Positions 29,705 through 38,736 are shown, numbered from the stretch's first letter. The stretch is 64,000 nucleotides of DNA from Patescibacteria group bacterium (GCA_041653535.1 JBAZFH010000002.1:80160-144159), one strand, 5' to 3'. The notes: a model not told the origin generated them from the sequence alone. A program made the numbers and translations.

Positions 29705-29733
29705 CACCCCAACTACCAACTACCACCTACCAT
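29705..29733. repeat. right arm (CCAACTACC tract) of the inverted repeat flanking the four-helix-bundle gene
   Basis: ccccaactaccaactaccacctacca = reverse complement of the upstream tract. Confidence 0.55.
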
Positions 29734-29734
29734 T

Positions 29735-30814
29735 TTAATTACTAAACCTAAAATGACAAACATCGCCGTCTTGCATGACATAGTCTTTACCCTCGATCCG
29801 CAGTAGACCTTTTTCTTTGCAACCAGTTTCACCATAGGCGACAAAATCCTGCCAGCGACAAACTTCGACGCGGATAAAACCTTTTTCAAAATCGGTATGG
29901 ATCCTGCCTGCTGCTTGCGGCGCAAAACTGCCACGCTGTACTGTCCAGGCGCGAGTCTCATCTGGACCGGAGGTAAGAAAAGTTATGAGATCCAAAGTTT
30001 CGTAACCTTTTTTAATCAGCTGATCAAGGCCGCTTTCTTCAAGTCCCAATGTCTGTAAATATTCTTTTTTTTCTTCATCAGCAAGTTCAGCTAGTTCGGC
30101 TTCAATTTTTGCTGAAATGGGAAGAATCAAATTTTTATCTATGCCTTTGATTTCCGGCAATGGGTTTTTGACCGCGCCTTCGTCGACGTTTAAAATATAC
30201 ATTACCGGTTTGGCGGTCAGTAGATTGAACTCTTTGATCATGCTTTTTTCATCATCGGTTAAATCAAGAGAATTGACCATTGTACCGGCTCCTAATTTTT
30301 CTTTTATTTTTTTTACCAATTCTAGTAATTTGGTGTCTTCTTTACTGACGCCAGATTTGATCTTCCTTTCCAGATCGCCAACACGCTTGGTGATTGTTTC
30401 CAGATCTTTGAGCGCTAGCTCGGTATTGATCACTTCAATATCAGAAGCAGGATCAACCTTGCCACCAGACTCGATAATAATATTTGGATCAGTAAAATTG
30501 CGAACCACTTGAGCAATAGCATCGACTTCGCGAATATTGGCTAGGAATTGATTACCCAGTCCTTCACCAACCGAAGCGCCTTTGACTAGTCCGGCAATAT
30601 CAACAAATTCAATCACTGTCGGGACGATCTTTGCCGATTTTGCCGCGTCAGATAGTTTTTGCAATCGTTCGTCAGGTACCTCAACAATACCCACGTTTGG
30701 TTCGATAGTACAAAAGGGGTAATTGGCAATATTGATTTGTTTTTTGGTCAGAGCTTTGAAAAGCGTTGATTTACCAACGTTTGGCAGACCGACAATACCG
30801 ATGGATAGAGACAT
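29735..30814 (-). CDS. ychF: ribosome-binding ATPase YchF (Obg-family GTPase)
   Basis: [15 protein letters not shown]-loop; C-terminal TGS domain. Confidence 0.9.
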   Translation of the reverse strand: MSLSIGIVGLPNVGKSTLFKALTKKQINIANYPFCTIEPNVGIVEVPDERLQKLSDAAKSAKIVPTVIEFVDIAGLVKGASVGEGLGNQFLANIREVDAIAQVVRNFTDPNIIIESGGKVDPASDIEVINTELALKDLETITKRVGDLERKIKSGVSKEDTKLLELVKKIKEKLGAGTMVNSLDLTDDEKSMIKEFNLLTAKPVMYILNVDEGAVKNPLPEIKGIDKNLILPISAKIEAELAELADEEKKEYLQTLGLEESGLDQLIKKGYETLDLITFLTSGPDETRAWTVQRGSFAPQAAGRIHTDFEKGFIRVEVCRWQDFVAYGETGCKEKGLLRIEGKDYVMQDGDVCHFRFSN

Positions 30815-30817
30815 GAA

Positions 30818-30865
30818 AATTAGGAATTAGGAACTGGGAATTAGGAGCTGGGAGCTAGGAACTAT
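30818..30865. repeat. low-complexity TAGG/CTGGGA tract abutting the ychF start codon
   Basis: aattaggaattaggaactgggaattaggagctgggagctaggaact. Confidence 0.5.
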
Positions 30866-30939
30866 GTTACCTTTATTTATTGATAAAATCAACTATTATC
30901 GTTTGATTTAACTATGATTTACTGTATAATATTGTCATT

Positions 30940-31881
30940 ATGTTTTCTCTTGCCACCATATCTCATTTTCTTATTATTATTCTCGGACTTTGCGTTTTTG
31001 AGATTATTTCGAGTATTGATAATGCTGTAGTCAACGCCCATGTTCTCAAAACCATGCCGGAACGTTACCGCAAGATTTTTCTGTTTTGGGGCCTGCTTTT
31101 TGCTGTTGTTCTAGTACGCGGTCTGCTACCTTTTGTTATTGTTTGGATTGCCAATCCGGCACTTTCGGCGCTAGAGGTAATACGCGCTTCTTTTTCTTCC
31201 AGTGATCAAGTTGCCGTCTCGCTAGAAACGTCAAAACCATTGCTACTACTCGGCGGCGGCATGTATCTTTTCTTAGTTTTCTTGGCCTGGCTTTTCTTAG
31301 AAGAAAAAAAATATGCTTTTCTGGTCGAACATTTTATCCATCGCCAGTCAGTCTGGTTTTACGCCATCTCGTCGATATTTTTCACTACGATTATTTATCT
31401 AGCGATCAAAACCAATCCGATGCTAGCCCTAGCCGCCGCTATTGGTACTACGGCATTCTTTATCACCGATGGTTTTAAGAAAAACGCCGAAGAGCAAGAA
31501 AAAAAATTAGTCAGTGGGTCAAACATGAGCGCTTGGAGTAAAATTTTATATTTGGAAGTACTTGACGCTTCTTTTTCGATCGACGGCGTAATTGGTGCTT
31601 TTGCTTTCACACTTTCTATTCCCCTGATTATTATTGGTAACGGCATTGGCGCATTTGTTGTCCGAGAGTTTACTATTCGCGGCATCAACCTTATTTCCAA
31701 ATTTGCTTATCTAAAAAATGGAGCGATGTATTCCATCGGTATGCTCGGCACTTTAATGGTTTTGGAAAGCTTCGGCAAGCATTTTCCTTTTTGGGTGGCG
31801 CCAATAAACACCTTTTTACTTCTAGGTTTTTTCTTACTGCTATCTTATCTGGAGGTGAGGAAACAGAGTGAGATTAAATAA
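30940..31881 (+). CDS. integral membrane protein, TerC/DUF475-like
   Basis: multi-TM with SIDNAVV motif. Confidence 0.45.
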   Translation: MFSLATISHFLIIILGLCVFEIISSIDNAVVNAHVLKTMPERYRKIFLFWGLLFAVVLVRGLLPFVIVWIANPALSALEVIRASFSSSDQVAVSLETSKPLLLLGGGMYLFLVFLAWLFLEEKKYAFLVEHFIHRQSVWFYAISSIFFTTIIYLAIKTNPMLALAAAIGTTAFFITDGFKKNAEEQEKKLVSGSNMSAWSKILYLEVLDASFSIDGVIGAFAFTLSIPLIIIGNGIGAFVVREFTIRGINLISKFAYLKNGAMYSIGMLGTLMVLESFGKHFPFWVAPINTFLLLGFFLLLSYLEVRKQSEIK

Positions 31882-31886
31882 CCCTT

Positions 31887-32921
31887 TTATTTTTTGAGGA
31901 AATCATCGAAAATATCGATGGTTTTTTTGATGTCAAAAACAGATGCCCCTTTGTCGGTGCCGGTTATTTTCGGACCCAGTTCGAGATTGATAACATTAAA
32001 TCGTTCCTGCGTAATTACGCTATTTTTAACAACAAAACCAACCAGATCAAGGAACCTTTCTTTTTCTTCGGGTAAATGTTTAAGGAATTTGTTGATACCA
32101 ATATGGCTGTCGAGCTGATAAGACAGTCCCCAGACGATCATTTGCCATAAATAAGTTTTTGATTTTGTATGCGTTCCGTTGATTATTTTGCGATAATTTC
32201 AGTGCGGTGAAACCAGATGGGCGTAGTTGATTTTTGGTAAAAGTCCGTATCGCAGTAAGTCTTTTTTAATTTCTTCATAATCTCCGCCGTAGTGTATTAA
32301 TGTATGGCTGAAATCAAAGGTAATTCCCCAATTTTCATTGTTTCCCCAGCGTTGAACAAGAGGTTCAAAATCTTTAAGATCTGAACCAAAACATCCGCCG
32401 TGAATTTCGCCGCAAACCGTTTCGATATTAACTATTACGCCGTTATCTGCGGCTATAGGTAGTACTTGTTCAAAAATTTTTCCTATTTGCAAGGTATTGT
32501 CGTCAAAAGATTTTTTTCTTCTGCCCAAGTGAATAGTGATAATTGCCGGTTTATCGGTACCAGGAGAGACGTCTTTTAGCCGGCGTAAAAATTTTATTTG
32601 TTCAATCAGTAATTTAACCCCGTCTTGCGGGTTGGCTAGATAATCAACTTGATTGCTGAGTAGACCAAAGGCGATTAATCCGTGCAGACGGAGTCCGTGC
32701 TCGCCGTTAGTTAGCGGCATCTTTTTTTCTTTAAAAAGATTGATTATTTTTTCCGCCGCGCCCTTTTTTAGCTCGATTTTTTTCCAATCCACCAGCGGTG
32801 GCGACAAAAAAAGCGTCGGTTCTACGCCGCTGATTTTATTTAAGGCTTCCCGTGCCGTTGGAAAAATATAGGAAAATGCCTTGAGATAACGATAAGCTGA
32901 GCTAGGAATGATGAAATTCAT
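31887..32921 (-). pseudogene. sugar-phosphate isomerase/epimerase (xylose-isomerase-like TIM barrel), apparently frameshifted
   Basis: two consecutive ORFs (32199-32921 and 31887-32141) in different frames together cover one domain (HLG...NIETV...FDFSH | ...LDSHIGIN). Confidence 0.45.
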
Positions 32922-33325
32922 AAAATATAGTTTGATATATACTATTGTATTCTCTTAGGCGTAAAAAGCAATCAGGTCATAAGCAGGTTGACTTTTTTTG
33001 CTTTTAATCGATTCTATTGTTTAAAGTGCGTTGTGTTTTATTAGCTTAACAAATATGTTTGTTTCGTCAATAATCAGTAAAATATTAAGATATCAAGGTT
33101 TATTTAACTTTTTAAAGATAATAAAAAGGCTAATATTTATTTTTTTGAAAAATCTTATTATTTGGCGGAGATGTATTTTTGCCTACGCCGGAGCAAGCGT
33201 AATGGCGCGGTAAAATGCCGGTATTGAAAACAAAAGAACACCATCTGTATTGCAAAATGATGTTCTCTTTTATTGGCTCCATTCGTTACGACTGAAGCCA
33301 AACTATTATATTTCTCTCTTGTGAA

Positions 33326-33568
33326 TTATATTAGTCTCTTGTTTCTAAAGGTCATACCAGATGCTGTCTTTAGATATTTTTCAAAATCCAAAGCCCGTTT
33401 TTTGTCATCAAAAGCGGAATAATAAAGCATTTTCCACGGCTTAAACTTATTGGTATGAGGAGATTTTCCTTTATTATGATCAGCTAACCTTTCATCAATA
33501 TCTTTTGAAAAGCCAGTGTAAAACTGTTTTGGAAAATTTACGCTCTGGATGATGTAGACGTAAAACAT
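33326..33568 (-). CDS. GIY-YIG nuclease family protein (YhbQ/UPF0213-like)
   Basis: MFYVYIIQS...YTGFSKDIDERLADHN GIY-YIG motifs; ~80 aa. Confidence 0.8.
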   Translation of the reverse strand: MFYVYIIQSVNFPKQFYTGFSKDIDERLADHNKGKSPHTNKFKPWKMLYYSAFDDKKRALDFEKYLKTASGMTFRNKRLI

Positions 33569-33590
33569 TTGATTTGATTATTACCTATTG

Positions 33591-33702
33591 GCCGTGCCAT
33601 CCGTAGCTCGCGACAAGAATAGCAGTGTAAACGTCAACAAAATACAGCCCTCCTTCGCTCTTCGAGCTACGGAGGATATTCTTCGCTCTAGTGAGCGAAG
33701 AA
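33591..33702 (-). repeat. conserved ~110-nt structured element, copy 1 (between tRNA-Ala and the GIY-YIG gene)
   Basis: shares a 27-nt 5' block and a 58-nt 3' block with 34982-35094; internal stems ccgtagctcg/cgagctacgg and ttcgctc/gagcgaa. Confidence 0.5.
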
Positions 33703-33778
33703 TGGTGGACCCTACCGGGCTCGAACCGGTCACCTCTTCCATGCCATGGAAGCGCTCTACCAAATGAGCTAAGGGCCC
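33703..33778 (-). tRNA. tRNA-Ala(GGC), CCA encoded, G3:U70
   Basis: gggcccttagctcatttggtagagcgcttccatGGCatggaag...ggtccacca. Confidence 0.8.
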
Positions 33779-34215
33779 CCACACCAACCTTAAACCGTCG
33801 GTAATTTGTTAAGAATAATGATTTTAACAAAACGACGTTTTAGTACTTTGAATAGTCTAATCAAAGTTGGTTTGGGGGCAAGCCCAAGAATAAATTAAGG
33901 ATAAAAGTTAATCAACGAACCAAATGCTTGTCCGCCGCCTGTCTACGCGAAGTTCGCCGCGGCGAACGAAGGCAGGAAGCCCGAATGTAATGAGGGCGAA
34001 GGTGGAAGCTAATGGCCCAAAACTAAATAAAAAATTAAAAATCAAATATCAAAAATATTGTACGATGACAGTATTTTAGCAAATTGGACGAATAATGCAA
34101 CAAGGTAGTTATAGTATAAGAAAACTGAATTAAAACAGCTTCGGTATTTATTTTAAATATTTTACGACTCTTGATTTTGTTTAATTTTAGATATTATTTA
34201 CCACAACCACCATTT

Positions 34216-34250
34216 ACCATCTACAAATTTGTTTCACGTGAAACATTTTT
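34216..34250. repeat. left terminal repeat containing the perfect 16-bp palindrome TGTTTCACGTGAAACA
   Basis: accatctacaaatttgtttcacgtgaaacattttt; inverted partner at 36388-36422. Confidence 0.55.
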
Positions 34251-34270
34251 TCTTCTTAGCGAATTTGACT

Positions 34271-34303
34271 GGATAAAAAGATGGTAGTAATATATTATTG
34301 TCT
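34271..34303 (+). promoter_or_regulatory. sigma70-like promoter (TTGACT-N17-TAATAT)
   Basis: ttgactggataaaaagatggtagtaatat directly upstream of the structured region. Confidence 0.45.
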
Positions 34304-34446
34304 GAACGGCTAAATTTCCTCGACCATCCTTGAGAGAGAACAGTTTTGAACAAACAGCCAGACCAGGCAGCCAGCATTTTTTTACTGCCGTTCAGACGTC
34401 AGTCAATCAGTCGGGTCTCACATGGGACCCGACTTTTTATTTTTTG
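34297..34446 (+). ncRNA. candidate small RNA (~150 nt) with closing stem and intrinsic terminator
   Basis: closing stem tgtctgaacggc/gccgttcagac; terminator gtcgggtctcacatgggacccgac + T8; promoter upstream; no ORF. Confidence 0.4.
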
Positions 34447-34981
34447 CCACTACCCTTTTTATTGCTAAGGTGGCTTACTCCTTTTTGCCTCAAAAGACAA
34501 GAGGTCTAGGGAAAGGGGAGTAGTGGTAAAATATAAGAAAGTACCATAATTTTTGACAAAATCATCTGAAAAAGATAAAATAATAGCATGATTTATTCGT
34601 CGAGCAGCCATTTTTAATAGCTGCCGCAACCTTTTTGGCAACGTGTATTGGCCACGTTGGACGAATAGATTATTCCGTGAGGGGCATCCGCCTTACCGCG
34701 AAGATGATCGTTTAACGACGGAACGACCATACAAAACGACTACCAAACCTAGCCGGCCAATATAAGCAATGTCTTTTGACGCTCAGCTTTATATACGACT
34801 AGCCAAGAATGTAGTACGTCGTTCACCTACCCAATAGAACGCTTCGGCGTTCTTTTTAATTCCTTACAGGAAACCCCGCATGACCAAAGCGCCCCGAAGC
34901 TGGGCGCGAATGGAGTGCGGTGAGGACGTTGTTTACAACGAAAAACGGGGGTATTCCCCCACTGTCTTTTAAATAATTTTG

Positions 34982-35094
34982 ACCGTGCCATTCGTAGCTT
35001 GCGACAAGGGAAAAGAAATAAGTAACTTATAGCTCTCCTTCGCTCTTCGAGCTACGGAAGACATTCTTCGCTCTAGCGAGCGAAGAATAGTGGG
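34982..35094 (-). repeat. conserved ~110-nt structured element, copy 2 (abutting a tRNA-Val 3' fragment)
   Basis: accgtgccattcgtagcttgcgacaag ... ctccttcgctcttcgagctacggaagacattcttcgctctagcgagcgaagaatagtgg. Confidence 0.5.
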
Positions 35095-35150
35095 CATACG
35101 TGGATTTAAACCACGGACCTCTGTCGTGTGAGGACAGCGTCCCGCCCGCT
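35094..35150 (-). pseudogene. tRNA-Val-like 3' fragment (anticodon arm + T arm + 3' acceptor only)
   Basis: shares acctctgtcgtgtgaggacagcg with the intact tRNA-Val; no 5' acceptor or D arm. Confidence 0.5.
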
Positions 35151-35205
35151 TTGTCTAGCGATAAGTAATAAACTTGTTATATTTTAGAGGCAAAAAATGA
35201 TATTC

Positions 35206-35282
35206 TGGTGGGTTCGACAGGATTTGAACCTGTGACCTCTGTCGTGTGAGGACAGCGCTCTAACCAACTGAGCTACGAACCC
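35206..35282 (-). tRNA. tRNA-Val(CAC), CCA encoded
   Basis: gggttcgtagctcagttggttagagcgctgtcctCACacgacag...cgaacccacca. Confidence 0.8.
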
Positions 35283-35350
35283 TCTAATTAATAGACGAAG
35301 CTAGGCGGGCGGGTATAACCAGCTGAGCTATATGTCCCGCGATAAATAAA
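35283..35350 (-). pseudogene. tRNA 5' fragment (acceptor + D arm, then GC-rich hairpin)
   Basis: gcgggacatatagctcagctggttatacccgcccgc on minus strand; no anticodon or T arm. Confidence 0.4.
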
Positions 35351-35369
35351 AAGTAATTAGACAAGTTAA

Positions 35370-35978
35370 TTATTCTTGTTCCGGGAATTTATCGGGAAAA
35401 AGACTGAAAAAAGATACTTCTCCGGTATTTTTGTTAATTTTAACACCTGGTTTCTCTAATATTTCTGATCTTGGCATATTGATCTGATGACTACTTAAAG
35501 CAACTTTTATACCTGCAGAGATAATATCACCCGCATTAAATAGCCTTATTTGGCAGTCAGAAATTTTTAAGCCGTAACTTTTAAGCCTGTATTTTAGCTG
35601 ATTAATTAAATCTTCAGTAATTCCATTTTCGAGATTTAGCGAAAGATGCAACATTCCGGCTATTTTCCTTTCAGGTTTAGCCAATGTTATAATGGCACAA
35701 GATATTGGCAATGCTTCTAGATAATCGATATTATCTTTTTCTCCAATAATGTCTAAATCGTCGGTAAAAACCTCTCGTGATTTTATTTTCTCAGAAGAAC
35801 AACCAATGTAGTTCTGCTTTTCCGGGTTTTTACCGGTTTTTTCTTGGTATAGCCTATCTGCTTCCAATATCCCCTTTGCCAGACATTCAAAAACAATCTT
35901 TCCGCCGGCGGAGTTGTCCCGATAAATAAATTTTTTTAATTCTTCGGTATGGTTTGCTTTTGGTTCAAATTTTTCCAT
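35370..35978 (-). CDS. hypothetical protein
   Basis: 202-aa ORF inside the tRNA cluster; no family recognised. Confidence 0.4.
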   Translation of the reverse strand: MEKFEPKANHTEELKKFIYRDNSAGGKIVFECLAKGILEADRLYQEKTGKNPEKQNYIGCSSEKIKSREVFTDDLDIIGEKDNIDYLEALPISCAIITLAKPERKIAGMLHLSLNLENGITEDLINQLKYRLKSYGLKISDCQIRLFNAGDIISAGIKVALSSHQINMPRSEILEKPGVKINKNTGEVSFFSLFPDKFPEQE

Positions 35979-35990
35979 AAATTTAGATAT

Positions 35991-36064
35991 TTGGTGGACC
36001 TAGGCAGAATCGAACTGCCGCTTCTACAATGCGAATGTAGTGTCATACCACTAGACCATAGGCC
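35991..36064 (-). tRNA. tRNA-Ala(CGC), CCA encoded, G3:U70
   Basis: gggcctatggtctagtggtatgacactacattCGCattgtag...ctaggtccacca. Confidence 0.7.
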
Positions 36065-36142
36065 CACGGTAAGTAAAAAGTTAAAAGTAAAAAAATACAG
36101 CACTCTCCCCTTTTTACTTTTTAATTTTTACTTTTAAAATTC

Positions 36143-36215
36143 GCCCACGGAGGGAATTGAACCCCCAACCTTTTCCTTAGGACGGAACCGCTCTATCCAT
36201 TGAGCTACGTGGGCA
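36143..36215 (-). tRNA. tRNA-Arg(CCT)
   Basis: gcccacgtagctcaatggatagagcggttccgtCCTaaggaaa...ccgtgggcg. Confidence 0.75.
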
Positions 36216-36221
36216 TAAAAA

Positions 36222-36293
36222 CGTCCCCGAGAGGACTCGAACCTCTGTTACGGGCTTCGGAGGCCAGCGTCTTATCCATTGGACGACGGGGAC
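36222..36293 (-). tRNA. tRNA-Arg(CCG)
   Basis: gtccccgtcgtccaatggataagacgctggcctCCGaagcccg...tctcggggacg. Confidence 0.7.
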
Positions 36294-36387
36294 AAATTAG
36301 TATATGGGTCTTGGTGTTTAGGTCTTAGAGCGAAACATTTGGTATTTGTATTTTTCCTATATACTATATACTAAGACCTCCATACTA

Positions 36388-36422
36388 ATTTTTGTTTCAC
36401 GTGAAACATTTTTGTAGATGGT
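36388..36422. repeat. right terminal repeat containing the TGTTTCACGTGAAACA palindrome
   Basis: aatttttgtttcacgtgaaacatttttgtagatggt; gtagatggt is the reverse complement of accatctac at 34216. Confidence 0.55.
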
Positions 36423-36575
36423 ACGCGATGCTTGGTAGAAATAAACTCTAAAATTAAACTAATTCAAGTGTCGTACAATGTATTACTAAACTTTAGAAAT
36501 TTTTAATTTGCTTTTTGATAAAACTAACAACGGTGGTATAATTCTAGCTGATAATCTACTTAAAATCAATCTTTT

Positions 36576-37652
36576 ATGGAAATAATTCTTGGAATCATAA
36601 TACTCGCGCTTTTATTGGCCATTGGCATAGTTGCCTATTTGTATAGTAAAAAAGGACAAATTACCACACCGCCTGCCGATCAGAACAGTTTATTACTAAT
36701 TCAGAACCAACTCAATGAATTAACTCGGACAATCGATAGTAAAATAGGAGAGTCGTCAAAAATGATGAACCAGTCGGTAATTACTCAGTTTTCCGAGTCG
36801 CAAAAATTGATAAAAGAAATCACCCAAGAGCTTTCTCAAGTAAAAGAAACTGGCAAAAGAGTGGAAGGCTTTGCTGATCAGTTGCAAAGTCTGCAAGATA
36901 TTTTAAAAAATCCAAAGCAGCGCGGAATACTCGGAGAATATTATCTGGAAGCTGTGCTGAAAAATGTTTTGCCGCCGGGCAGCTATCAGATGCAATATAA
37001 GCTTGGTAAAGACGAAGGTGGAAAAGATTTGATTCCCGATGCCGTAGTTTTTGTCAAAGATAAAATCATTCCGGTTGATTCCAAATTTTCTCTAGAGAAT
37101 TATAATCGCATCGTCGAGGAAAAAGATTCGGCAGAAAAATCTCGTCTAGAAAAACTTTTCGTCAACGATCTTAAAGAACGTATTGTCGAGACCGCAAAAT
37201 ATATTCAGCCAAGCAAGGGGACTATGGATTTTGCTTTTATGTTTATTCCGCACGAAGCGATTTATTACGATTTGATTGTAAATAAAATCGGCGCTCTCAA
37301 AGAAGATACGGAAAGTCTGATCCAGCGCGCTGCGTCGAAATATAAAGTAATTATTGTTTCGCCAACATCTTTTTTAGCTTATCTGCAAACGGTTTTGCAG
37401 GGACTGAAAGCCATGCAAATCGAAGAGCAAGCAAAAGATATTGTGAAGCGCGTTGGTGACCTGACAGTGCATCTGAAAAAATATGCAGAAAAATATGACA
37501 AGCTTGGTCGGTCGCTCAGCACGGTAGTAAATCAATACGATGATGGCGCTAGTGAGTTTAAAAAAATAGATAAAGATTTGATTCGTATTAGCCAGACCGA
37601 TGAAGCATTGGGATACGAGCCGTTGAAAATAGATAAACCGAGAGGGGAGTAA
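36576..37652 (+). CDS. rmuC: DNA recombination protein RmuC
   Basis: N-terminal TM, long coiled coil, conserved RmuC C-terminal domain (FAFMFIPHEAIYYD...VIIVSPTSFLAYLQTV). Confidence 0.85.
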   Translation: MEIILGIIILALLLAIGIVAYLYSKKGQITTPPADQNSLLLIQNQLNELTRTIDSKIGESSKMMNQSVITQFSESQKLIKEITQELSQVKETGKRVEGFADQLQSLQDILKNPKQRGILGEYYLEAVLKNVLPPGSYQMQYKLGKDEGGKDLIPDAVVFVKDKIIPVDSKFSLENYNRIVEEKDSAEKSRLEKLFVNDLKERIVETAKYIQPSKGTMDFAFMFIPHEAIYYDLIVNKIGALKEDTESLIQRAASKYKVIIVSPTSFLAYLQTVLQGLKAMQIEEQAKDIVKRVGDLTVHLKKYAEKYDKLGRSLSTVVNQYDDGASEFKKIDKDLIRISQTDEALGYEPLKIDKPRGE

Positions 37653-37787
37653 AAAAATATAAAATTTTTATAAAAAAGAAGGGACGGAAATATTTCCGTC
37701 CTTTTTGTTGTTATTGGTCGAGATTTTTTTGTGCTCGACATTTGTTGGTGGTCGGTCGTATCCGGCTAATTTTTTCGTTTTGTTTTC

Positions 37788-38030
37788 TTACGGTGTGAAG
37801 ACGTGTCTGCATTTTGGGCAGGTCACGTTGTTGTTATTGTTGATGTCGTTGTAAGCTTTTACAGCCTTACTCCCGCCAAGCCGATAAAGCTCGGCTATTT
37901 GAGCGCGTTCTTCAGCGGCATTATTGTTTGAAGGAGAGGCGTAAGGATCTCCTCCGATAATCACGCCAATAATAAACAATATAAACGCGATGAGCAGTAA
38001 CATTCCTTCGCTAGGCATTTTAACCTCCAT
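37788..38030 (-). CDS. small membrane protein with C-terminal CxxC
   Basis: 80-aa ORF: TM helix and CPKCRHVF. Confidence 0.3.
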   Translation of the reverse strand: MEVKMPSEGMLLLIAFILFIIGVIIGGDPYASPSNNNAAEERAQIAELYRLGGSKAVKAYNDINNNNNVTCPKCRHVFTP

Positions 38031-38179
38031 AAATGAAGTAGCATCTTTTTAATGTTCCAGATTATAAATAATATCGTTTTATACACTTTAGTCAATAGCA
38101 GATGGCAATATTTACATACATTACTGGTTTATCTTGACTAATTCTAGGTAATTATCTATACTGACAACACTTGATTGGT

Positions 38180-38220
38180 CTAACGACTAACCACTAACGA
38201 CTAACCACTAATGACTAACT
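38180..38220. repeat. low-complexity CTAACGACTAACCACTAA tract abutting the rpsT start codon
   Basis: ctaacgactaaccactaacgactaaccactaatgactaact. Confidence 0.5.
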
Positions 38221-38487
38221 ATGCCTATTAAACAAGCAGCCAAAAAGGCTCTGCGACAAACTATCACCAGAACCAGTCGTAATTTAGACGTAAAAAAGAA
38301 ATTGGAATTTTTGGAAAGAAATATTAAAAAAGCTTTTGCCAAAAATAATTTAGAAGAGGTAAAAAAAGTCTATAAGGAATTACAGCAGGTGGTCGATAAA
38401 GCGGCAAAAAATAAAGTTTTTCACAAAAGCAAGGTTGATAGAATGAAATCTCGTTTGATGAAAAAGATCAACGCTTTGAAAAAATAA
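38221..38487 (+). CDS. rpsT: 30S ribosomal protein S20
   Basis: MPIKQAAKKALRQTITRTSRN ... typical S20. Confidence 0.9.
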   Translation: MPIKQAAKKALRQTITRTSRNLDVKKKLEFLERNIKKAFAKNNLEEVKKVYKELQQVVDKAAKNKVFHKSKVDRMKSRLMKKINALKK

Positions 38488-38498
38488 ATGAATTTAAA

Positions 38499-38527
38499 AA
38501 ATCCGGCGCTAAGCCGGGTTTTTTTGT
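38499..38527 (+). terminator. intrinsic terminator
   Basis: aaaaaatccggcgctaagccgggttttttt. Confidence 0.6.
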
Positions 38528-38555
38528 GTACCAAGGTGGGGTGACGCTCCGTTGT

Positions 38556-38690
38556 CATCCTGAGCCTGCGAAGGATCCCTCTTTATAACCCATGTACGGG
38601 AAAAACAATCTTCACGTAATCATCGACGGTTACGTTTTAATATTCGCGTTTAGCTCTTTTCCGGAGGGATCCTTCACTTCGTTCAGGATG
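38556..38690. repeat. MITE-like element: ~28-bp imperfect inverted repeats around a ~75-nt core
   Basis: gtcatcctgagcctgcgaaggatccctc ... gagggatccttcacttcgttcaggatgac. Confidence 0.5.
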
Positions 38691-38736
38691 ACAGTAGGGT
38701 TTATCCTGGGCGTAGGTGAGGGATTTGGAATGACAG

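Noticed and set aside
33581-33830. ORFs 33581-33787 and 33585-33830 (-)
   Set aside because: They overlap tRNA-Ala and the conserved structured element; no coding signal
33831-35000. Possible tmRNA, RNase P RNA or SRP RNA in the ORF-free region
   Set aside because: I looked for tmRNA 5' GGGG...TCGACG and 3' T-arm/CCA, RNase P AGGAAAGTCCGGGC, and SRP GGAAGCAGCCA motifs and found none. The region is better explained by the sRNA candidate, repeats and tRNA fragments
35949-36137. ORF 35949-36137 (+)
   Set aside because: It is antisense to tRNA-Ala(CGC) and the inter-tRNA spacer
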